From NCBI GenBank assembly GCA_051294375.1, contig JBJCIZ010000065.1:1-7851 (forward strand): a stretch of DNA of 7,851 nucleotides, in the 5' to 3' direction. Shown piece by piece: positions 1 to 6,262 of the stretch (the first letter of the stretch is position 1; each line of letters begins with the position of its first letter). The stretch is from Paraspadella gotoi. Lineage: Eukaryota > Animalia > Chaetognatha. The notes below the pieces were generated by a model that was not told the origin of the DNA, did no database searches, and worked only from the letters and a program-made list of their open reading frames with translations. A program made the translations under genes and the position numbers.

Positions 1-219
1 TATGTACGACGGAGGACGATGCACACCTAATGCACCTACTCTGGTTGTCATCCTTTTTGGCAATTTCCGAAGGCGGGTCTTCCATGGACAAATCCAATTC
101 TCGTAGATCGTAATCAACGAGGACCTGAATTTAAATCCAAACCTGGCCACAACAGAGACCAAAGCAGAGAGAAAAAGCGCAATTTTCGTAGCATGCATGT
201 CGACGCAGAATGAAGCCAT
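1..219 (-). CDS. Possible 5' end of a divergent gene (hydrophobic N-terminus), running off the window edge
   Basis: From the ATG at 219 the frame reads MASFCVDMHATKIALFLSALVSVVARFGFKF... with no stop to base 1. TATATAA lies 35 nt upstream. No recognisable domain. Confidence 0.25.
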   Translation of the reverse strand, partial: MASFCVDMHATKIALFLSALVSVVARFGFKFRSSLITIYENWICPWKTRLRKLPKRMTTRVGALGVHRPPSYI

Positions 220-249
220 GAATAAAGTAAATTTCCTAGAAAAAAATCT

Positions 250-300
250 GCCCTTATATAGGGGCGTCGACCAATGAAATGTTTTGTCTTTTTTTATTGG
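250..300 (-). promoter_or_regulatory. TATA box with nearby CCAAT motifs (candidate Pol II promoter facing left)
   Basis: The minus strand reads GCCCCTATATAAGGGC (TATATAA at 260-254). CCAAT is at 271-275 (+) and 296-300 (-). Confidence 0.4.
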
Positions 301-701
301 TCTATTTTTTTTTTGTCAAACGAGCACTCGATCCAATTTTTTTGGTGACCAAAAACGCGTTAGCAAATTGGAGATGCTTAATTTTGAACTCGAACTCTGA
401 ATGGTCAAATTTGCCGAAGGAACGCGATCCACCCAGATCCGATTTTCATTTCGTGACATTTTTTTGTCGCAATTTTTTTTCGGATCGGAGACACTGAGTA
501 TTGTTAATGCTAGGTAATCGAATAATGTCCTTTGATTCGAATTAACATTTGTAATTTGTATAATGTTAATACTTTAGTATTAAATATTATGGAAAATTGA
601 CTGTAGAGAAATGGCGATGCCATTTCTATTTACTTCCTTGCCATTTGTTTTACCATTTCTTTGACCCTTTTTGTAGATTGCGCTTTTGCTTTTCTTGGAG
701 A

Positions 702-730
702 TTACTCTCCCTTTTCTTTCTCTTTACCAG
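702..730 (+). promoter_or_regulatory. Putative 3' splice acceptor upstream of gag
   Basis: ttactctcccttttctttctctttaccag (AG at 729-730) ends a pyrimidine-rich stretch starting near 620. Confidence 0.4.
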
Positions 731-803
731 ATATACTAGGCCATAGACTCTAGACCTTTTTCAGCCCGTCCAAAAACGGCCTTTTACGAAGCTTAGGTCA
801 CCC

Positions 804-820
804 CACGTCACGTCACGTCA
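804..820. repeat. (CACGT)3 tandem pentamer
   Basis: cacgtcacgtcacgtca. Confidence 0.9.
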
Positions 821-875
821 ACTTTACATCATGATACCATTTTAGTGAGCCTACGGGCCCGGCCTATGAGCCCAG

Positions 876-952
876 AGACTTCGTGGCTTCAGACTTGTGG
901 ATGGCCCTGTGGATAGACTCGTGGCTATAGACTTGTGGACGTGTTCGTGGTC
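876..952 (+). repeat. Short degenerate direct repeats, core AGACT(T/C)GTGG
   Basis: Copies start at 876, 891, 915 and 929, with a partial TTCGTGG at 944. Confidence 0.8.
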
Positions 953-2132
953 ATCGTCTTCAGACCACACCCTTCAGCTAGGGACACGCCTTGACGATTT
1001 ACAGCAAGAGAGAGCGGGTAGAGGAGAGCCTCGGGAGGCGCCACCGCCTCCAGAGGCACCTCCTTCACCCAGAGAAAACCGTCAGTTCAAACGCTACTTG
1101 CATTCACAATCGACGGAGTCGACGATACGCATGTTGAAAGATCTACGCCCGGAAGACGTCTTCAAAAACGAAGATGCAAAGAACAAAGTCGTATTCGAGA
1201 TACATATGCGACAATGGGAAACGACAATGGCGCAGCCAGGAGTCACGGACCAGATGCGTCATCAAGAATTGCGTCATTGGTTCGGAGGTTTGGCTCGCCT
1301 GAAGCTGCAGAAATACTTTCATCGAACCGATCATAAAAAGGCTGTCGAGGAGGCCATCGAAATGCTCAACCGTGAATTTGGCCGCCCCGATGCCTCGCCT
1401 CACGAGATGCTGAAGGACTGCCTCTCCGGTGGAAAAGCGACGGAGGCAACGGAGATTGACGAGGCAATAACCCGCCTCGAAAACATCATCGGCATCGCTG
1501 AGGCAAAGGGTAGAATGCGTGATATCAACCGGGATACGGTAATAGCTGAGATTCTTGATACAAAGTTTCCTCAATGGAAAGATAAGTTTGCAGAAGAAAA
1601 CTCGGAGTCGATTTACAAAAACAAACGTAAACTAACTATCTATGAATTGATCAAATTTCTGAAAATACGTCTTGTTGCAGTTAAGTCGGTCTATTACAAG
1701 AAGAAACGGGCCCAGACGACGACTTCGGTGGCGGCGGTGGCGGCGGCAACCAACGCTCCTCCTGCGCCAACAAACGGCGGGGGCGTGCCCAATGATCAAA
1801 GGAAGACAAGAGCCAATGACTCCCTCGACTCCTCGGACATGACAGACCCTGCACAACCGGACCTGCAGAAAAAGAAGAAAAAGAAAAAGAAGCAACGAAA
1901 GACGAGCGTCACTGAAACGGCGCCTACCGAGGTTGGATGCGCGTATGTGGCGGCTCAAAAACCGATTTACCAGGCCCCGCAACAGTATGTTCAACCGGCC
2001 GTGGCCACGCCTGTTCCCCAGCCTCAATCGACGGTAGTCAATCCCGGAGCTCCGATGTATACGTCGACGCCGAATCGGCCAGTGACGCCTCATTGCCATT
2101 TTTGCGGTCAGGCGCACATGATCTGGGAGTGA
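897..2132 (+). CDS. gag: Gag (DUF1759-like capsid region, poly-Lys tract, CCHC zinc knuckle); true start uncertain
   Basis: The frame is open from 870; 897 is a GTG and the first ATG is at 1131. ELRHWFGGLA...AVEEAIEMLNREFG resembles the BEL Gag core. K8 lies at 1869-1892. C-x2-C-x3-H-x4-(stop) lies at 2094-2132. Confidence 0.85.
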   Translation: MDGPVDRLVAIDLWTCSWSSSSDHTLQLGTRLDDLQQERAGRGEPREAPPPPEAPPSPRENRQFKRYLHSQSTESTIRMLKDLRPEDVFKNEDAKNKVVFEIHMRQWETTMAQPGVTDQMRHQELRHWFGGLARLKLQKYFHRTDHKKAVEEAIEMLNREFGRPDASPHEMLKDCLSGGKATEATEIDEAITRLENIIGIAEAKGRMRDINRDTVIAEILDTKFPQWKDKFAEENSESIYKNKRKLTIYELIKFLKIRLVAVKSVYYKKKRAQTTTSVAAVAAATNAPPAPTNGGGVPNDQRKTRANDSLDSSDMTDPAQPDLQKKKKKKKKQRKTSVTETAPTEVGCAYVAAQKPIYQAPQQYVQPAVATPVPQPQSTVVNPGAPMYTSTPNRPVTPHCHFCGQAHMIWE

Positions 2133-2416
2133 GAAGGCAGAATCCTGTTGTACAGGCGGCTCAATATCAGCCGCAACAGGTTTATGTTCAGGCCCCAGCT
2201 CCAGCTTATGCTACCCCTGCTTTTACCAATCCAGCCCCTCCCTCCTACGCCGCCTTCACCCCCCCTCAACCGCTGCTTCAACCCCCGGGGATGGCGAATG
2301 GCACTCCAACGGCACCAGGAGGCGGAGTTGGCATAGATCAGACGGCAACGAGAACAGCAGCGGCTCCGGCGGCGACAACTATGCCTACTGTCCAAGCCGG
2401 GACCACTTCCAGTTGA
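2132..2416 (+). CDS. gag: Gag C-terminal Pro/Gln/Ala-rich tail, frameshifted relative to upstream gag
   Basis: RRQNPVVQAAQYQPQQVYVQAPAP...TTSS* has the same composition as the gag segment before the knuckle and partly duplicates it at DNA level. It is in frame with the protease. Confidence 0.75.
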   Translation, partial: RRQNPVVQAAQYQPQQVYVQAPAPAYATPAFTNPAPPSYAAFTPPQPLLQPPGMANGTPTAPGGGVGIDQTATRTAAAPAATTMPTVQAGTTSS

Positions 2417-2497
2417 CTAGCGGTTGCGTCCGCTCCAGGCGAGGCGACCTTCCGTCCCGTTGTGCCGGTCGTCGTCAAGACGGACGGACGCAAACGC
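2414..2497 (+). promoter_or_regulatory. Candidate stop-codon readthrough signal (UGA-CUAG plus 3' stem-loop) at the gag/pol boundary
   Basis: TGA at 2414-2416, CTAG at 2417-2420. 2420-2432 pairs with 2485-2497 (12 of 13), with inner helices. The frame continues without a stop into the protease. Confidence 0.6.
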
Positions 2498-3139
2498 ATC
2501 ACCTATGCGATGATTGACAGTGGTTGTAACCGCTGTGTGTTAAAAGAAAATATTGCTAACGATCTCGGAATTCTCTGTGACGATGTAAAGATGAGAATTC
2601 GTACGTTGGATAGCGATGTAGTTGTTGACAAAAAGATAGCCGATTTCAATATCGAACCCCTTGATGGAGGTTTTTCTATTTCTGTCAGGAAGGCGATCGT
2701 AGGAAGTTTGTTGACTTCGGAGGACGACCTCCCCCCATGTGATGCAGATGTGGCCGGAAAACCTCATCTGGAGGGGGTAACGTTTCCCAACCTCCCTGAC
2801 AAGGAGGTTGGAGTGCTTCTCCCAGCAAATTACGCCTACACTTGGGTCGATGGAGAAACTCGACGAGGCCCTCAAGACCAGCCGGTCGCCATCAACACGA
2901 TGTTCGGGTGGACATTGATTGGGCCTAGAGATGGGAAAGGTGGTGATGACATGAATTGTGCTCGCATGACCGCCGAATACATCGAAGAAGACGAAACTAA
3001 GTTACAAGAAGATGTCCGACGCCTCTTTACCGCGACTTCGTCCCGGCGCCGAGCAATAAAAAACTGCCCGTCGGTTGAGGATGAATTTGCGATGGAACAG
3101 CTTAAGGCTTCGATCAAGTTCGACGACGAAGTAGGTCAT
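2417..3139 (+). CDS. pol: Pol N-terminus: retropepsin-like aspartic protease (DUF1758-like) and linker
   Basis: FRPVVPVVV...YAMIDSGCNRC with the catalytic Asp codon at 2516-2518, then VGVLL, TMFGWTLIGP and SVEDEFAMEQL. Homology stops near 3139 and the frame ends at 3169. There is no ATG before the domain start. Confidence 0.9.
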
Positions 3140-3143
3140 ACTT

Positions 3144-3440
3144 TTTTTTTTCCACCAGGTATTCGTTGATGAGAACGATGTTCATTGTTTTCGGTATTGG
3201 TGGTACGAAGATGATGCGTGTACTAAACTGGCTCTTTTCGAACTTAAGGTACACATCTTTGGCGCGAAAAGTTCCCAGTGGTCGCCAACTACACGCTGAA
3301 GACGCACGCAGAGTCGATGCCGAGGCATGATCCCCTTGGAGGTGGTCGAAGCCATCATCAACCAATTCTACGTGATCTGAAGGAAGGCTTGACGGATGCT
3401 CTCCGTCGGGGAGGCTTTGATCTCACCAAGTGGAAGTGCT
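3144..3440 (+). pseudogene. pol: Reverse transcriptase remnant (deleted, frameshifted, catalytic DD absent)
   Basis: Pieces in alternating frames: FFHQVFVDENDVHCFRYWW...VHIFGAKSS (to 3275), VVANYTLKTHAESM (3278-3319), RGMIPLEVVEAIINQFYV (3321-3374), DLKEGLTDALRRGGFDLTKW (from 3374). Confidence 0.9.
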
Positions 3441-5971
3441 CATCGCCCGCGGTCCTGGAAGATGAACCTGACAAAGTTACGAACGGCGAAAAATCACTTA
3501 TGGACGGTCAAGACAATGACGGGAAAGACGAACCTCACTACAACAAAGTACTAGGCACACGATACACTTTTCAACGCGACGTATTCTCATTCGCTGTGAA
3601 CGAAGAAAAGATACAGAAAAAGTGTCTGACGAAAAGCCAGATTCTGTCGTTAACGGCGAGTCTGTTCGATCCGTTGGACCAAAAGGCGACGGCAGCGGTG
3701 GTCGATTGGGACTCTCCGTTACCGGATGAGATCATAAAAGAATTCGACGCCTGGAGAGAACAAATGCCGAAGCTCAAAGAGTTTGAGATTAAGCGATGGA
3801 TCGCAACGCCGGAGACGACCAACGATAAGGCTGAGTTGCATGTGTTTTCTGACGCTAGTCATGAGGGTTATGGTGTATCAGTATATCGTCGTACCTTGCC
3901 TCCTGAAGGAGGCGAATCTCATGCCGCTTTTGTCTTTTCTAGGTCCCGAGTCACGCCCCTAGACTCCTCAAAGGCTTCACACCACAATTCGATCCCACGG
4001 TTGGAGCTGACGGCGGCGTGCCTGGCGGCCAAAGTTTGCCATACAATCGTAGAAGAATGCTCAAACGATCAGTTCGAGAAGATCGTCATGTGGACAGACT
4101 CCAAAACAGTCCTAAAACAGATATTCGATAGAAAATCTAAATTTGCTGCATTTTTTAAAAACCGTTTGTCTCGTATTAGGGAGCTGACCGACATCTCCAA
4201 ATGGCGATACGTACGCACAGATGAAAATCCCGCCGATGATTGCAGCCGAGGCCTCCGCGTCGACAATCCAAAGTGGAAGCGATTCCACGCCGGCCCTGAC
4301 TTTCTCCGCCGCCCGGAAGAAGAATGGCCGGAACAAAAACTTTCGTCGATGCCCTTATCGTCAGATGTTTTCGCGACTGAGGCCGAGGATGCTGAGTCCG
4401 AAGAAAAAGCAAAAGAGGATGATCACAACCCGAAAGAAAACTGGGTACTTCGAATGGCTCATCGATGTTCAGATTCTCGGAAGAAACTCCATTTGATAGC
4501 GGGCATGAAAAAATGCATCTCCCGCTGGATCGAATGGAGACACGCGTTGAAAGCGGACCCGAATGCGCTACCACAAAAAATTCAACATACAACGTTGGAA
4601 GATATGAGAGACGCTGAAAAAATGTTATGTCGCGCATTACAACAACATTACGCCGACGAATATCAGCAGCTGAAAGAGAAAAGAATTCGATCTCCAGACA
4701 CCCGAGCGGAATTAACGCTGAAAAAATCTAAATTGCGAGCGTTAAATCCATTCCTCGACGACGACGATGTGATTCGCGTCGGCGGCAGAATAGGGAAAGT
4801 GAACCTCCCCTATGACATGCGCCACCCCATCGTACTTCCAAAGAAAGATTCCATCATCGACGATTACGTCCGACACGTCCATTTCATGGAAGGTCACGCA
4901 GGCGTCGAACACGTTCTGTCGACAATTCGACGCCGCTTCTTCTTACCGTCGATGCGCCAGATAGTGCGTATGTTGCTTCGACGTTGCGTCGTTTGTCAGA
5001 AAAATTTTCGTCAACACGCGACTCAAAAGATGGGAGAAATTCCAGCAGATCGATTGAACCGCGGCGCCCCTTTCAAAGCGACCGGCTTCGATGTTTTTGG
5101 CCCCTTTCGCGTCGTCCATGGAGGCCACGGCAGTGCGAAACGTTGGGTCGCCATTTTCACATGCATGAAAATGCGCGCCGTGCATCTCAAAGTGCTTCAT
5201 GATTTGTTTTCATCGTCCTTCATCAACGCCCTCATACGCTTTGATGCGCGTCGTCCGGGATCCAAGCGTTTCTATAGCGACAACGGAACCAACTTTCACG
5301 GCGCCGACGCGGAATTGAGGGCGGCGGTGGATAGATGGAAAGGCGAAGAAACTGCGAAGTTGATGATTCAGTACGGTATCAAATGGATTTTTTCGCCGCC
5401 TCTTGCGCCGCATTGGGGCGGCGTTTGGGAACGTCTCGTAAAGTCAGCGAAAAAACATTTGACCGTACTTCTCGGAAAAGAAAAACTACATGTAGAAGTA
5501 CTTGCGACGGCCCTCGCCTCGGTCGAGGGCATCTTAAACAGACGTCCTCTCACGAGAGTGCCCGACGATCACGACAGTCTCGACGCACTAACCCCGGCTG
5601 ACCTACTTTATCCCGGCGTTCACACCCCCTCGAGAAGGATCATAGTCCCACCGGAGGCTCTCGATGGTGAGGCGTTGAGGAGCTCTTGGAAAGAAGCAAG
5701 ACGGATTAGTGATGATTTTTGGGACAGGTGGACCAAAGAATACGTAGTGACTTTACAAGAAAGGCAGAAATGGTCCACCACCCAAGAAAATCTTAAAAAA
5801 GATCAACTCGTACTTATGATAGATGAACTGAAAGCGAGAGACCAATGGAGACTCGCACGTGTGATTGATGTCGGAACCGGAAGTCACGTGCGACGCGTTA
5901 CCGTGTGCACGGCAAATGACAAATTTTTTGAGCGAGATCGGAACCGTCTGGTTCCATTAGAATGTGACTAA
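3278..5971 (+). CDS. pol: Pol C-terminal ORF: RT thumb/connection, Pao-type RNase H, integrase, C-terminal domain
   Basis: 897-aa open frame. RNase H acidic residues are at codons 3851 (SDAS), 4004 (RLEL), 4097 (TDS) and 4235 (NPAD). Integrase HHCC is at 4880/4895/4985/4994, D at 5090, D at 5279, E at 5429. It ends in RNRLVPLECD*. Confidence 0.95.
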   Translation: MVANYTLKTHAESMPRHDPLGGGRSHHQPILRDLKEGLTDALRRGGFDLTKWKCSSPAVLEDEPDKVTNGEKSLMDGQDNDGKDEPHYNKVLGTRYTFQRDVFSFAVNEEKIQKKCLTKSQILSLTASLFDPLDQKATAAVVDWDSPLPDEIIKEFDAWREQMPKLKEFEIKRWIATPETTNDKAELHVFSDASHEGYGVSVYRRTLPPEGGESHAAFVFSRSRVTPLDSSKASHHNSIPRLELTAACLAAKVCHTIVEECSNDQFEKIVMWTDSKTVLKQIFDRKSKFAAFFKNRLSRIRELTDISKWRYVRTDENPADDCSRGLRVDNPKWKRFHAGPDFLRRPEEEWPEQKLSSMPLSSDVFATEAEDAESEEKAKEDDHNPKENWVLRMAHRCSDSRKKLHLIAGMKKCISRWIEWRHALKADPNALPQKIQHTTLEDMRDAEKMLCRALQQHYADEYQQLKEKRIRSPDTRAELTLKKSKLRALNPFLDDDDVIRVGGRIGKVNLPYDMRHPIVLPKKDSIIDDYVRHVHFMEGHAGVEHVLSTIRRRFFLPSMRQIVRMLLRRCVVCQKNFRQHATQKMGEIPADRLNRGAPFKATGFDVFGPFRVVHGGHGSAKRWVAIFTCMKMRAVHLKVLHDLFSSSFINALIRFDARRPGSKRFYSDNGTNFHGADAELRAAVDRWKGEETAKLMIQYGIKWIFSPPLAPHWGGVWERLVKSAKKHLTVLLGKEKLHVEVLATALASVEGILNRRPLTRVPDDHDSLDALTPADLLYPGVHTPSRRIIVPPEALDGEALRSSWKEARRISDDFWDRWTKEYVVTLQERQKWSTTQENLKKDQLVLMIDELKARDQWRLARVIDVGTGSHVRRVTVCTANDKFFERDRNRLVPLECD

Positions 5972-6087
5972 ATTATTTATAAATTTTACTCAGACGTTAT
6001 CGTCGGGTTATTTTTTATCTATTTATTATTCGATAATTATTCCGTCATAGTATTATTATGAAATTGATAAGTCAAAGTAAAGATACT

Positions 6088-6113
6088 GTTCGACTCCGGT
6101 ACCGGAGTCGAAC
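6088..6113. repeat. Perfect 26-bp palindrome
   Basis: GTTCGACTCCGGT|ACCGGAGTCGAAC is its own reverse complement and is a GC-rich island in AT-rich flanks. Confidence 0.97.
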
Positions 6114-6170
6114 TTCAAAATTTGATGATAATTTTACCAAAAAACGTTACACGTTATCAGTTGTAAACAT

Positions 6171-6234
6171 TGTTTATTCCTTTTCTACCTTCATTTTTCC
6201 CTTTATCGAATTTTCTTTCTCTCTTTTTTAACAG
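6171..6234 (+). promoter_or_regulatory. Putative 3' splice acceptor (long polypyrimidine tract plus CAG)
   Basis: ttttctttctctcttttttaacag ends at 6234. ATG ATG follows at 6263 and GC content rises sharply. Confidence 0.55.
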
Positions 6235-6262
6235 AGCGATTTCATTTAATAATCGACGATCC

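Larger units (their letters stand above)
870..5971 (+). mobile_element. BEL/Pao (Belpaoviridae) LTR retrotransposon, internal gag-pol region; degenerate copy, true ends not resolved
   Basis: Order is Gag-PR-RT-RNaseH-IN with BEL/Pao-type motifs: FGWTLIG, SVED, FHQV...FGAKSS, GGFDLTKW, FDPL..WD, LHVFSDAS, IPRLEL, NPADDCSRG, LNPFLD..IRVGGR, SDNGTNF, WGGVWERLV, FWDRWTKEY. Confidence 0.95.

Noticed and set aside
343-350. TGGTGACC as a tRNA-Trp-like PBS (also TGGTATCA on the minus strand at 832-839)
   Set aside because: These are only 8-nt matches, with no adjacent LTR end or in the wrong orientation.
279-497. 72-aa + strand ORF
   Set aside because: It derives from T-run-rich low-complexity DNA and has no domain or supporting signal.
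436-583. Several short inverted repeats (436-442/480-486; 541-549/562-570; 566-573/576-583)
   Set aside because: These 7-9 bp arms are mostly in very AT-rich DNA, with no TIR/TSD structure for a MITE. They are compatible with chance.
876-952. Repeat-spacer pattern as a CRISPR-like array
   Set aside because: Repeats are about 10 nt with 4-14 nt irregular spacers, the context is a eukaryotic retroelement, and there are no cas genes.
2130-2132. TGA at a conserved Cys position, suggesting Sec or Cys recoding or an alternative genetic code
   Set aside because: The protein-like continuation is in another frame, so an indel explains it. Cys and Trp use standard codons elsewhere.
3131-3158. 28-nt GT...AG segment (gtaggt...ttttccaccag) whose removal would join the protease and RT frames
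   Set aside because: It is very short for an intron, the apparent acceptor encodes the conserved RT motif FFHQ, and the RT would still lack its N-terminal half and DD.
1143-5601. Many antisense and alternate-frame ORFs overlapping gag-pol
   Set aside because: They are shadows of GC-rich coding sequence with no recognisable motifs.
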